From an uncultured Alphaproteobacteria bacterium (GTDB taxonomy: Bacteria > Pseudomonadota > Alphaproteobacteria > HIMB59 > GCA-002718135), in contig CACOAX010000001.1 in NCBI GenBank assembly GCA_902625365.1, positions 173,329-237,328 of the forward strand: 64,000 nucleotides of DNA, given 5' to 3'. Of this stretch, positions 1-9,982 are shown piece by piece. Under the pieces are notes generated by a model, which was not told the DNA's origin, searched no databases, and saw only the letters and a list, made by a program, of their open reading frames with translations. The translations under genes and the position numbers were made by a program. Position 1 is the first letter of the stretch; each line of letters starts with the position of its first letter.

Positions 1-508
1 AAATATGCCTTATTCTAGATTTAACTGTACCTAAAGGAATTTCAAGCTCATCTGCAATTTTTTTATGACTTTTATTTTCAAAAAAGTTCATTTTTATCAT
101 TATTTTTTGCTCTTCATCTAGCTCATTATTTATTATTTCTATTTGTTTTTTTGCTTCATTTTCTTCAATGAGGTCAACCTCTCTATCTTGGTATAAAAAC
201 TCTCTTATGTCCTCTTCTTTAAAATTTATTTTGGAATTTTTTCTGAAAAAGTCTACTTTTTTGTTTCTGGCAATAGTAAATATCCAAGTTGAAAGAGCTG
301 ATTTTTTTGAGTCATAAAGGTTTGATTTTAACCAAACAGTGCTTAAAACCTCCTGAGTTAATTCTTCAGAACTCTCACTTTTGATTCTATTTTGGATAAA
401 ATAAGCATTTATTTTTGGGGCAAAAAAATCGAAGATTTCCGAAAAAGCCATTTCGTCGCGGTCTTCTTGAATCATTTGCATTAAATTATTTAGGTTTGAT
501 TTTTCCAT
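1..508 (-). CDS. ECF-type RNA polymerase sigma-70 family factor (C-terminal end runs off the window)
   Basis: Absent from ORF track because it is open at the window edge. Manual translation from ATG 508-506 gives MEKSNLNNLMQMIQEDRDEMAFSEIFDFFAPKINAYF...STWIFTIARNKKVDFFRK...SHKKIADELEIPLGTVKSRIRH. These match sigma region 2 and the region 4 HTH. Confidence 0.8.
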   Translation of the reverse strand, partial: MEKSNLNNLMQMIQEDRDEMAFSEIFDFFAPKINAYFIQNRIKSESSEELTQEVLSTVWLKSNLYDSKKSALSTWIFTIARNKKVDFFRKNSKINFKEEDIREFLYQDREVDLIEENEAKKQIEIINNELDEEQKIMIKMNFFENKSHKKIADELEIPLGTVKSRIRHI

Positions 509-580
509 ATATCAAAAAGACTCTAACATTGATTAAACACTCTTAACTAATTGCCTAAGATATACTAAAAGAAGCAATTG

Positions 581-1051
581 ATGAAAATTTTTCTGAAATT
601 ATTACTTGTGCTATATGTAGCACTCCCTAGTACACTAATTGCTTTGGAAGTAGGTAAATGGTCTTTTGAGAAGGCTGATGAGTATTGCTATATTGGCAGT
701 TTAGCAACAGAAACAGATTTACCAAGTGATAAGAAAAGAGGAGATTTCTACGTTTTAGTTTACAAAAATATAGGAAACCCAGACATTGTAGTTCAAATAG
801 AGGCTGGTTATAGCTACAAGGTTCCTTCTGATATTATTATAAGTATAGATCAAGGAGAATACAAATTTTATACAACAGAAGATTTGCCAACTGCTGCTTG
901 GACAGAGGAAGATGCAAAAGTTATTTTTGCTATGAAAAAAGGATTAGAGCTTAAGGTTACAGGCGAGTCTTCAAGGGGCACTATTACTAATGACTCCTAT
1001 ACACTTAATGGATTTACTGCTGCTTATAATCAGTTAATTAACGATTGTTAA
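581..1051 (+). CDS. secreted/periplasmic hypothetical protein, possibly IalB-like
   Basis: N-terminal signal peptide (KIFLKLLLVLYVALPSTLIA). The C-terminal YTLNGFTAAYNQL...C resembles invasion-associated-locus-B family ends. ATG at 581 follows the TTG at 578. Family name is tentative. Confidence 0.6.
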   Translation: MKIFLKLLLVLYVALPSTLIALEVGKWSFEKADEYCYIGSLATETDLPSDKKRGDFYVLVYKNIGNPDIVVQIEAGYSYKVPSDIIISIDQGEYKFYTTEDLPTAAWTEEDAKVIFAMKKGLELKVTGESSRGTITNDSYTLNGFTAAYNQLINDC

Positions 1052-2242
1052 ATGCCTAAGAAAATTGTTTTAGCTTATTCAGGTGGATTAGACACAAGTG
1101 TAATTCTCAAGTGGCTCCAAAATAAATATGATTGCCCAGTAGTTACATTCACAGCTGATATAGGTCAAGGAGATGAGCTTTCACCAATTGAGGCTAAAGC
1201 AAAAAATTTAGGTGTAGAAGAAATATTCATTGAAGATTTACAAGAAGAATTCGTTAGGGATTATGTTTTTCCAATGTTTAGAGCAAATACTCTTTACGAA
1301 GGAACATATTTATTGGGTACAGCTATAGCAAGACCCTTGATAGCAAAAAGACAAATTGAAATTGCAAAAATCGTTGGAGCTGATGCTGTAGCTCATGGTG
1401 CTACTGGCAAAGGTAATGATCAAGTTAGATTTGAATTAGGTTATTATGCAAATAATCCTAAAATTGAAGTCATAGCACCTTGGAGGGATTGGGAATTCCA
1501 AAGCAGAAATGATCTAATTGAATATGCAGAAAAAAATCAGATTACAGTTCCTAAAGATAAGATGGGCGAACCTCCATTCAGTACAGATGCAAATCTTTTA
1601 CATACTTCCTCAGAAGGTAAGCTTCTTGAGGATCCTTGGATTGAGCCACCCGAGTATGTTTTTTCAAGAACAAGTAGTATTGAAGATTCTCCAGATAAAG
1701 CAGAAGAACTTATAATTGAATTTAAAAATGGCGATCCTGTATCAATAAATAATGATAATTTAAAGCCACACAAGCTTTTAGCACAATTAAATTCTTTAGC
1801 TGGCAAGCATGGTGTCGGAAGAGTGGACCTTGTGGAAAATAGATTTGTTGGAATGAAATCAAGGGGAATTTATGAAACTCCTGGAGGAACAATATTAATT
1901 AATGCAAGAAAAGCAATTGAGAGCATAACATTAGATAAAGGAGAGGCTCATCTTAAAGATGAGATAATGCCTAAATATGCAGAAACAATTTATAATGGAT
2001 TTTGGTTTTCCTCAGAAAGAATAGCAATGCAAAGCCTGATTGATACAACTCAAAAAAAAGTAAATGGGGAAGTTAAACTTAGGGTATTTAAGGGTAACGT
2101 GATTATTTTAGGAAGAAAATCTAATAACAGTTTGTATGATAATTCCCTTGTTTCATTTGATGAGGTTGGAGATTACAATCAGAAAGATGCAGAAGGATTT
2201 ATAAAAGTAAATTCAGTTAGACTTAAAAAAAACAATAGTTAG
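1052..2242 (+). CDS. argG: argininosuccinate synthase
   Basis: [12 protein letters not shown]-binding motif, full-length similarity pattern, 396 aa. Confidence 0.97.
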   Translation: MPKKIVLAYSGGLDTSVILKWLQNKYDCPVVTFTADIGQGDELSPIEAKAKNLGVEEIFIEDLQEEFVRDYVFPMFRANTLYEGTYLLGTAIARPLIAKRQIEIAKIVGADAVAHGATGKGNDQVRFELGYYANNPKIEVIAPWRDWEFQSRNDLIEYAEKNQITVPKDKMGEPPFSTDANLLHTSSEGKLLEDPWIEPPEYVFSRTSSIEDSPDKAEELIIEFKNGDPVSINNDNLKPHKLLAQLNSLAGKHGVGRVDLVENRFVGMKSRGIYETPGGTILINARKAIESITLDKGEAHLKDEIMPKYAETIYNGFWFSSERIAMQSLIDTTQKKVNGEVKLRVFKGNVIILGRKSNNSLYDNSLVSFDEVGDYNQKDAEGFIKVNSVRLKKNNS

Positions 2243-2245
2243 TAA

Positions 2246-3091
2246 ATGGGTTACGGAGATGATTTACTAATAACAAAATTAGCGTCAAAAATTAAAAAAC
2301 AATTTCCAGATAGACAAATTGTAATCGGTGAAGCAAAAAACCAAAGCGCGCATCATTCTATAGTATACGATAATAATCCAAATATATCTGATTGTAGAAA
2401 TCTTGAGAAAAGTAAACCAACACATATTATTGATTATCATCCATACAATAGACCTTATATTGATTATGAAAAAAGTACTTATACAAATTATGTTTGGAAA
2501 AAATTTAAACCTAATCCTGGAGAAATTTATTTTACAAAGAAAGAAAAAGTTGATGCAAAGAAAATAATTTTAGAAGCGATAAAATTTTGGAGAAAGTCAA
2601 ATAAAAAGAATTATAAAAAAATTATTTTTTTAGAAACTTCATCTACAAAAATTCATGATAGGCAATTTAGTATCAAGCATCAAAATAAAGATTGGGGAGA
2701 AAAAAATTGGCAAAAACTAATTGATGTACTAACAAAAGATTTTTTAGTAATTCAATCGGTTCACAAAGAAAGTAAAAAAAACTTATCAGTCTTTTCTCCG
2801 AATGAAATGGATTTTCGTCTAGCATGTGCTGTTTTAAATGAAGCAGATTTTTATGTTGGTCCTGAAGGAGGATTTGGGCACGTAGCAGCAGCTTTAAATA
2901 AAAAAGCAGTTTTATATTTTGGAGGTTGGATAACCCCTGAAGCAATTGGTTATGATTTCCATGAGAATATATATTATGATCATAATTTATCTCCATGTGG
3001 AGAGTATAAAAAATTATGTGGTCATTGTGAGGAAGCTAGAAAAGCAATCTCAGTAGATGTATTTTTGAAATATATTAATAAGATTAGTTAA
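2246..3091 (+). CDS. glycosyltransferase family 9 (heptosyltransferase-like) protein
   Basis: N-terminal GYGDDLLITKLASKIKKQFP and C-terminal GPEGGFGHVAAALNKKAVLYFGG resemble GT9 motifs. C-terminal Cys cluster CGEYKKLCGHC. Assignment by motif only. Confidence 0.5.
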   Translation: MGYGDDLLITKLASKIKKQFPDRQIVIGEAKNQSAHHSIVYDNNPNISDCRNLEKSKPTHIIDYHPYNRPYIDYEKSTYTNYVWKKFKPNPGEIYFTKKEKVDAKKIILEAIKFWRKSNKKNYKKIIFLETSSTKIHDRQFSIKHQNKDWGEKNWQKLIDVLTKDFLVIQSVHKESKKNLSVFSPNEMDFRLACAVLNEADFYVGPEGGFGHVAAALNKKAVLYFGGWITPEAIGYDFHENIYYDHNLSPCGEYKKLCGHCEEARKAISVDVFLKYINKIS

Positions 3092-3966
3092 TTAATTAAT
3101 CTATTTTTGCATGAAATAGTTGTATTTCTTAAAAGGCATGCAATTGTCATCGGTCCTACACCCCCAGGTACCGGAGATATTGCACTCACCCTATTTTGTA
3201 CGTCGCTAAATAAAACATCTCCAACTAGCTTTGATTTTTCGTCATTTATTTTGACTCTATTTATACCAACATCAATAATAATTGCCCCTTCCTTTACCCA
3301 ATCTTTGTTTACAAATTCAGGTTTTCCTATAGCAGCAATTAGAATGTCTGCTTTTTTGCAAATGTCTTCAATATTCTGAGTTTTAGAATGTACTGTTGTA
3401 ACAGTACAAGATTCTTTTAATAATAATTGAGCCATAGGTTTCCCTACAATATTAGATCTTCCTATTACAATGGCATTTTTACCAGCTAACTCTATATCAA
3501 GCTCTCTTAGAAGTAGCAGACAACCATAAGGGGTACAAGGTATCATTAAATTTTCATCATTCTTAAGGCTAATTGAGAGCTTTCCAACATTTAAAGGATG
3601 AAAACCATCAGCATCTTTTTCTGGTGCTATGCTGTTTAATACAATTTCCTCATTTATTTCTTTGGGCAAAGGTAGCTGAACAAGAATACCATCAACATCT
3701 TCATTATTATTTAAATGATTAATTAGATTAATTAAATCATCTTGTTTAGCTGTTTCCTCTAAATGATGATCATAAACGTTAATTCCTACCTCCTTTGCTG
3801 CTTTAGTTTTAGCTTTAACATAGACACTACTTGCAGCAACATTTCCTACTTGAACTACAGCCAATCCTGGAACACGATTAGATTTTATTTTTATATTTTC
3901 AATTTCAATTTTTAATTGATCTTTTAAGTTTTGTGCTATCTTTTTTCCATCTAATATATGGGGCAT
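3088..3966 (-). CDS. folD: bifunctional methylenetetrahydrofolate dehydrogenase/cyclohydrolase
   Basis: ILDGKKIA N-terminus, VGRSNIVGKPMA, PVPGGVGPMT motifs. Confidence 0.96.
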   Translation of the reverse strand: MPHILDGKKIAQNLKDQLKIEIENIKIKSNRVPGLAVVQVGNVAASSVYVKAKTKAAKEVGINVYDHHLEETAKQDDLINLINHLNNNEDVDGILVQLPLPKEINEEIVLNSIAPEKDADGFHPLNVGKLSISLKNDENLMIPCTPYGCLLLLRELDIELAGKNAIVIGRSNIVGKPMAQLLLKESCTVTTVHSKTQNIEDICKKADILIAAIGKPEFVNKDWVKEGAIIIDVGINRVKINDEKSKLVGDVLFSDVQNRVSAISPVPGGVGPMTIACLLRNTTISCKNRLIN

Positions 3967-3968
3967 AA

Positions 3969-4250
3969 TTATCTAGGCCAATACTCAATTAATAAACTTT
4001 TTATAAACCACAAACCAAGATAAACAACAATTGGAGATAAATCTATTGCACCAAAAGTAGGTAAGTATCTTCTTACAAAATTTAAACTTGGCTCACATAA
4101 TCTATACAAAGCATCAAGGATGCTGTAAACAAATCTATTACTTGTATTAATTATATTAAAGTTCACGAGCCAAGTTAGAATTATATAAATTATAAGAACA
4201 AATTGAAATAAATTTATAATTTGAATAATTAAATACAAAAGTGAGTTCAT
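3969..4250 (-). CDS. yggT: YggT family membrane protein
   Basis: 93 aa, two TM segments, IDLSPIVVYL motif typical of YggT. Confidence 0.8.
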   Translation of the reverse strand: MNSLLYLIIQIINLFQFVLIIYIILTWLVNFNIINTSNRFVYSILDALYRLCEPSLNFVRRYLPTFGAIDLSPIVVYLGLWFIKSLLIEYWPR

Positions 4251-4299
4251 TATTAGTTTTTATTTAATATCTATTATGCATTATGGTTGTAATTTAATC

Positions 4300-4330
4300 A
4301 AAAAAAAAGCGGTCTGAAGGACCGCTTTTA
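4300..4330 (-). terminator. intrinsic terminator downstream of the substrate-binding protein gene
   Basis: GCGGTC(4309-4314)/GACCGC(4320-4325) stem with a 5-nt loop, followed on the minus strand by a run of 8 T. Confidence 0.8.
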
Positions 4331-4347
4331 TTAAAATAAAATTTGAT

Positions 4348-5181
4348 TTACATTGAGATATCCCTACCAAACCACTCTTTAGTTATTTCAGCAGTAGTTC
4401 CATCTTTAGACATTTCTGCAATTGCAGCATTCCACATCTCTAAGATATCTGTATCTTCTTTTCTAACTGCTCCGCCAACACCATCACCGAAGACACCACC
4501 AGAAAAAGTTGGACCAGTAAATGCAACATCAACACCACCATCAGATTCCATAAAATCAATAATTGATCCTACATCAGCTAGAACAGCATCACATCTTCCA
4601 GCGGCTAAATCTAAGTTGTGATCGTCAACTGCTTGATACAGTTTAACATCAACAGCACCTGACATATGTTTTTCTAAGAAATTTTGGTGAATTGTTGAAG
4701 ATTGAACACAAACAGTTTTACCATCCATTGCAGCAATTAATTGACCTATTGCAGCTTGTTCTTTTCCACCTGCATTATTAAGATTAACTTTAGCCATACC
4801 TGCAATATTTAAATTTGCTAAACCACTATTTTTTAAAACAGCAAATCTTGCACCATCAGTCATATATCCAGTAGTAAAATTAACTTTTTCTTTTCTTTCT
4901 TCAGTAATAGACATTCCAGCAATAATAATGTCATATTTGCCTTGAAGAAGAGCAGGTATTATACCATCCCAATCCTGAGTTACCCATTCACAAGTAACTC
5001 CCATACGCTTACAAGCTTCATTACCAAAATCTATTTCAGCACCTTCCAGTTCACCAGCAGAATTAAGATTGTTCCATGGCGGGTAAGCACCTTCTGTACC
5101 AATTCTGATTGTTTGTGAATTTGCAATTGAAGCAACTCCAAAAGTACCAATTGATAACAAGTATATTAAAATTTTTTTCAC
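4348..5181 (-). CDS. amino acid ABC transporter substrate-binding protein (His/Lys/Arg/Orn/opine-binding family)
   Basis: Signal peptide, then IRIGTEGAYPPWN...GAEIDFGNEACKRMG...DIIIAGMSITEERK pattern of the HisJ/ArgT/OccT family. GTG start preceded by AAGGAGGAAA. Confidence 0.9.
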   Translation of the reverse strand: MKKILIYLLSIGTFGVASIANSQTIRIGTEGAYPPWNNLNSAGELEGAEIDFGNEACKRMGVTCEWVTQDWDGIIPALLQGKYDIIIAGMSITEERKEKVNFTTGYMTDGARFAVLKNSGLANLNIAGMAKVNLNNAGGKEQAAIGQLIAAMDGKTVCVQSSTIHQNFLEKHMSGAVDVKLYQAVDDHNLDLAAGRCDAVLADVGSIIDFMESDGGVDVAFTGPTFSGGVFGDGVGGAVRKEDTDILEMWNAAIAEMSKDGTTAEITKEWFGRDISM

Positions 5182-5258
5182 GTTTCCTCCTTGAAGAAGT
5201 ATTTCTAAATTATAGGTGAACCATATAAGCTAAATAAAAAAAAACAAAATAAATTGTT

Positions 5259-5645
5259 TCAGACCTTGTTTCCTTTACTCCTAATTAATACAAAAAATAA
5301 GCCAATTATTAGTAATATAAAAGGAAAACTCCAAAGAAAGATATTATTATAATTCATTAATGGTCTAAAAAGAATGTATTCACCATATCTTTCAACTAAA
5401 AATTTCTTAATATCTTGCTCACTTTCTCCAGCTTTCAACTTATTTTTAACTATTTTTTTAATATCATTTGAGAATTCTGCATCTGAGTCATAAATACTTT
5501 GATTTTGACACGTCATGCATCGCAGCTCTAATGTTAATTTTTTTACTCTTTCATCAATATTTTCAATTGCAAATATTTTAAAAGTAAAAAACACAAAACT
5601 AAAAATTATTATATATAAAAATTTATAGAAGTGGTTCAATTTCAT
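5259..5645 (-). CDS. ccmH: cytochrome c-type biogenesis protein CcmH
   Basis: LRCMTCQNQS CXXC motif, signal peptide plus C-terminal TM segment. Confidence 0.9.
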   Translation of the reverse strand: MKLNHFYKFLYIIIFSFVFFTFKIFAIENIDERVKKLTLELRCMTCQNQSIYDSDAEFSNDIKKIVKNKLKAGESEQDIKKFLVERYGEYILFRPLMNYNNIFLWSFPFILLIIGLFFVLIRSKGNKV

Positions 5646-6147
5646 TTTTTAAAATATCAATTGTTATCGGACCCATAAATTTATAGATAATTTTACCATC
5701 CTCATTAATTAAATATGTTTCTGGTAGACCAAAAACACCAAATTCTAATGCAATTAAACCATCAGAGTCTACACCAACAAAATCGTATGGGTTTCCATCA
5801 TCCTTCAAATATTTTTTTGCATCAGAAGGTGGATCTTTGTGGTTAAATCCCAACAAATATAGTTCAGGATATTTTTTACGTATTTCAAAAAAAAGTGGAT
5901 GCTCTATTTTACAAGGACTACACCAAGAAGCAAAAAAATTAATTAATGTCTTCTTATTTTTTATATCTTTTGTTTTGATTATATCCTTTGCATTGTACAA
6001 AGAACTACTTTCAAAAATAGGAACATCTTTATTTAAGAGTGCACTTGGTGGTTTATTAGGATCTTTACCACTTAATAAATAAACTAGTGAAAAAATACAT
6101 ATGACAAAAAGTACTATTAATGGTGTTAAAATAAATATCCTATTCAT
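5623..6147 (-). CDS. ccmG: thiol:disulfide interchange protein CcmG/DsbE
   Basis: Membrane anchor and thioredoxin fold with WCSPC active site. Confidence 0.93.
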   Translation of the reverse strand: MNRIFILTPLIVLFVICIFSLVYLLSGKDPNKPPSALLNKDVPIFESSSLYNAKDIIKTKDIKNKKTLINFFASWCSPCKIEHPLFFEIRKKYPELYLLGFNHKDPPSDAKKYLKDDGNPYDFVGVDSDGLIALEFGVFGLPETYLINEDGKIIYKFMGPITIDILKNEIEPLL

Positions 6148-8006
6148 CTTCTAGAAACTGCTATTAAACCTGAATACATCATTATTATCACCCCAAGCCA
6201 TATAAAGCTAACAAATGGATTAATTAAAACTTTTACAAACCACTCATTATTTTTTTGATCACCAAGGATAAAATATATATCCTTATTCCACTGATGTAAA
6301 ATACCAGCTTCAGATGTAATCATCTTTGATACTGGATAATAATTTTTTCCAGCCTCTATTTCTTTTGACCGATTTTTTTCAATATCAAACAAAAATTTTC
6401 CTCTTAAAGATTGAAAATTAATTTCATTTGTTGTTTCTATTTTTTCAAACAAAACTGTTTTTCCATTTACAATAAACTTATCTCCCTCATTAAGGTTAAA
6501 ATCTAGCTCATTTTGAAAAATACTAGAACAAGTTATACCGATTATAGCAATACCAACACCAATATGCGCTACATGAGGATTAATTATTTTGAAAAACTTA
6601 ATGTTAATTTTAATTTTATACGAAGAAAATATAGCAATAATTGAAGCCAATATTATCCAAAAACCTAAAAGTAACCCAACAAAACCCCATGTATTAAAAT
6701 CCAAAAAATATGATTGAATTAGAACTAAAACACTTAAGACAATAAAAGCTAGAACATATTTTTTTGAATTATTTATCTTATTTGTTTGCCATGATAAAAT
6801 TGGTGCAACACTCATTAATAAAAAACCAGGTATCATTATAGGAATTACTGTTGAATTAAAATAAGGACCTCCAACTGATATTCTCTTATTATACAAAACT
6901 TCAATTATAATTGGGTATATTGTTCCTAAAAGAATAGTTAACGTTGCTATAATCATTAAAATATTATTTATTACAAGTGCTGAAACCTTATTGATAAATA
7001 ACAAGTTTAAAGCATTTGATTTTTTTGGTTCTTTTAACAAGAAAACTAAAAAACCAAATCCAGTTACAATAAAAAAAATTAGTAATATAAATATGCCTCT
7101 GGATGCATCTGCTGCAAATGAATGTACACTTGTTAAGATTCCAGATCTTACTAAAAATGTTCCAAAAACACTTAATGAAAAGCAAAGAATTGATAAAAAA
7201 ACTATCCATTTTTTAATGGCTTGCTCACCTCTTACCATCATGAGTGAATGAACTAATGCTAGTCCAGCAATCCAAGGCATAAGTGAAATATTTTCGACTG
7301 GATCCCAAAACCACCATCCACCCCATCCTAATTCATAATATGCCCAATATGAACCTAGAGCTATTCCACCAGTTAAAAAAGTCCAACTAATCAATGACCA
7401 TTTTTTAGCAACATATAGCCATTCATCATCTGTATTTTGAAATAAACCAGCTATTGCAATACTGAAAACTATAGAATAGCCAACATAACCTGCATATAAA
7501 ATTGGAGGATGAACAGCCAAACCAGGATCTTGTAAAATAGGATTCAAACCCAAACCCTCGTTTACTAATATTGAATTAACAAGAAAAGGATTAGAGGTAA
7601 AAACTATAAATAGACCAAACAAAATATGAAGTAAAGATTGGATAATTAATGTTAATCTTTGAAAGCTTTCGTCTATATTTTTTGTAAAAGAAAAAAAGAA
7701 ACTAAAAATAGATAATATACTTAGCCACAAAAGCATTGAACCTTCATGATTCCCCCAAGTGCCTGAAATTTTATATATTAATGGTTTATTTGAGTGAGAG
7801 TTTTGAAATACATTATAATTTGAGAAATCAGATACTACGTAGGCATACATTAATGAAAAAAAAGATAACAAAGTCAATAATGATGATAGGCGGATAAATA
7901 AATTAAATTTCTGTTTTTTAAATTTAAATATGTATCTCGATAAAAATAAGTAAAAATTAATACCTATCGCAAAAACTAAGCTTAAAAAACCAACTAATGA
8001 ACTCAT
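6144..8006 (-). CDS. ccmF: cytochrome c heme lyase subunit CcmF
   Basis: 620 aa polytopic protein with WGGWWFWDPVEN tryptophan-rich motif. Confidence 0.96.
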   Translation of the reverse strand: MSSLVGFLSLVFAIGINFYLFLSRYIFKFKKQKFNLFIRLSSLLTLLSFFSLMYAYVVSDFSNYNVFQNSHSNKPLIYKISGTWGNHEGSMLLWLSILSIFSFFFSFTKNIDESFQRLTLIIQSLLHILFGLFIVFTSNPFLVNSILVNEGLGLNPILQDPGLAVHPPILYAGYVGYSIVFSIAIAGLFQNTDDEWLYVAKKWSLISWTFLTGGIALGSYWAYYELGWGGWWFWDPVENISLMPWIAGLALVHSLMMVRGEQAIKKWIVFLSILCFSLSVFGTFLVRSGILTSVHSFAADASRGIFILLIFFIVTGFGFLVFLLKEPKKSNALNLLFINKVSALVINNILMIIATLTILLGTIYPIIIEVLYNKRISVGGPYFNSTVIPIMIPGFLLMSVAPILSWQTNKINNSKKYVLAFIVLSVLVLIQSYFLDFNTWGFVGLLLGFWIILASIIAIFSSYKIKINIKFFKIINPHVAHIGVGIAIIGITCSSIFQNELDFNLNEGDKFIVNGKTVLFEKIETTNEINFQSLRGKFLFDIEKNRSKEIEAGKNYYPVSKMITSEAGILHQWNKDIYFILGDQKNNEWFVKVLINPFVSFIWLGVIIMMYSGLIAVSRR

Positions 8007-8443
8007 TTATATTTTTTATTCCAATTACCTGTATTTTGCAGATCTTCTTTTATTGATGCTGGCATATAATTTTCATCATGTTTTGCAAAAACATTAGTTG
8101 CATTAAAAATGTTTTTATCAACAAAAGCACCTTCTATCACTGCACCTTGCCCTTCTCTAAATAAATCAGGAAGAATACCTTCGAAAGTAACAAGTATAGA
8201 TGCTTTTTCATCAGTAATTTTAAATTTAAATGAACCAGAAGAAATTTTATTAAAGCTATCATTTTCTACAAAACCACCTATTCTTATTATTTTATTTACT
8301 ATGATATCTGATTTATCAATTTCAGATGGTGTATAAAAATACGACACATTTTCTCTCGTATTATATAAGATAAGTAACACTGCACTTAGTATAATTACCA
8401 AAGTAAGCAAAATTAATAGCAATCTTTGAAATCTTAGACTCAT
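8003..8443 (-). CDS. ccmE: heme chaperone CcmE
   Basis: N-terminal anchor, OB-fold region, AKHDENYMP heme-binding His motif. Confidence 0.95.
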   Translation of the reverse strand: MSLRFQRLLLILLTLVIILSAVLLILYNTRENVSYFYTPSEIDKSDIIVNKIIRIGGFVENDSFNKISSGSFKFKITDEKASILVTFEGILPDLFREGQGAVIEGAFVDKNIFNATNVFAKHDENYMPASIKEDLQNTGNWNKKYK

Positions 8444-8544
8444 TTATTTTTTATTCTTCTAAGTTTTAGGTAACTAAAAAATAATAACAAAAAAATTAAA
8501 AGAAAAGCAGTGATATAGGATCCTAAAATATACCAAAAATACAT
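8440..8544 (-). CDS. ccmD: heme exporter protein CcmD (34 aa, below ORF-track cutoff)
   Basis: Manual translation gives MYFWYILGSYITAFLLIFLLLFFSYLKLRRIKNK: a single TM segment with a basic tail. Its stop overlaps the ccmE start (ATGA). It sits exactly between ccmC and ccmE. Confidence 0.75.
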   Translation of the reverse strand: MYFWYILGSYITAFLLIFLLLFFSYLKLRRIKNK

Positions 8545-8605
8545 AATTTCTAATAACAAAAATACTTAGGAATGATACTTAATCTAATGGACTAAAAGTC
8601 ACAAA

Positions 8606-9304
8606 TTAACTTAAATAAGATTTTCTTGAAATTATCTCTGTTTTTATTCTTAAAATGGCTATTGCTATTCCCATCATTATAAATGCAAATGTCATAATAA
8701 TTAAAGGCGTCATCATTGAAGGATCAATACTGGGTTTTGACAATTTACTTATTGTTGCTGGTTGATGTAGTGTATTCCACCAATCCACAGAAAATTTGAC
8801 TATTGGTAGGTTTACTGACCCAACAAGAATAAATATAGCAACAACCTTTTCTCTTACAATCCTATTCTCAAAAGATAAATTTATAAAAATAATAATAACA
8901 TAAATAATAAAAAGAATTGCCACTGAGGTTAAACGTGCATCCCATACCCACCAAGTACCCCACATTGGTTTACCCCACAAAGATCCACTTATAATACATA
9001 TTAGAGTAAAGACTGCTCCAATGGGAGCTACTGCCGTGTTAATAATGAACCCAAACGGTATTCTAAAGGCTAATCCAGCAATACTATATAATGACATTAT
9101 AACATATGTAAGCAATGCTAACCAAGCACTAGGCACATGAACATACATTATACGTACAGTTGATCCTTGTTGATAGTCATCAGGAGATAAATAAAATGCA
9201 AATATTAATCCAATAGAAAATAATATAATTGATAAAATCAACACTGGTAGAAATACATAATCTGCAACCTTATTAAATTTACTAGGATTAACTAAAAATA
9301 TCAT
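8606..9304 (-). CDS. ccmC: heme exporter protein CcmC
   Basis: WGKPMWGTWWVWDARLTS WWD motif, 6 TM segments. Confidence 0.95.
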   Translation of the reverse strand: MIFLVNPSKFNKVADYVFLPVLILSIILFSIGLIFAFYLSPDDYQQGSTVRIMYVHVPSAWLALLTYVIMSLYSIAGLAFRIPFGFIINTAVAPIGAVFTLICIISGSLWGKPMWGTWWVWDARLTSVAILFIIYVIIIFINLSFENRIVREKVVAIFILVGSVNLPIVKFSVDWWNTLHQPATISKLSKPSIDPSMMTPLIIMTFAFIMMGIAIAILRIKTEIISRKSYLS

Positions 9305-9305
9305 A

Positions 9306-9977
9306 TCAATTATTCTCTAATGAAAGTTTAAGACACAAACCACTTGCCCAAGGATTTATAGCAAAAACTATTAATAGTATTCCAAATAATATACTTATAA
9401 GAGAATTAAAGTTTTCTTCAAGATTAACAATACTCACGGAAAAAATAATTACTGGAACACTAAATATCATAACTATAATACTTCCTAACAGGAAGTTTCG
9501 CTGGTTCATTAGGTTCATAGAAGATGAAATAGAACCTAGGCATGATAGAATGAATGATCCTAATGCAAAACTGTAAAACAGATAGATAAGTTTATCACTT
9601 TCAATATTTAACAATATGCATGCAATTGGTATAGATAATAAAAAAGGCATCTGAACAAAGATAAAATGTGAAAAAGTTTTTAAAATTGCGATAAAACCAA
9701 AGCTAAGTCCATTTAAATGCATAATTAATAAATTACCATTCTCAAAATCATCTTGATAAAATTTCCTTAACGATAATGTTGAACTCAACAATAATAATGT
9801 CCATACAATTCCAATTCCTATACTAGAAATTGTTTCCTTGTCTGGCCCAATAGAGAAAATAAATATAAAAATTGAAACAAAGAAAAAAATAATATTTGTC
9901 AAAATATCTTGAAAGCCACTTAGATTTAATTTGTACTCTCTATAATAAAAAGAAATTATTTTTTTTAAAATTATCAT
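9306..9977 (-). CDS. ccmB: heme exporter permease CcmB
   Basis: 223 aa polytopic protein between ccmA and ccmC. Confidence 0.9.
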   Translation of the reverse strand: MIILKKIISFYYREYKLNLSGFQDILTNIIFFFVSIFIFIFSIGPDKETISSIGIGIVWTLLLLSSTLSLRKFYQDDFENGNLLIMHLNGLSFGFIAILKTFSHFIFVQMPFLLSIPIACILLNIESDKLIYLFYSFALGSFILSCLGSISSSMNLMNQRNFLLGSIIVMIFSVPVIIFSVSIVNLEENFNSLISILFGILLIVFAINPWASGLCLKLSLENN

Positions 9978-9982
9978 TTTAT

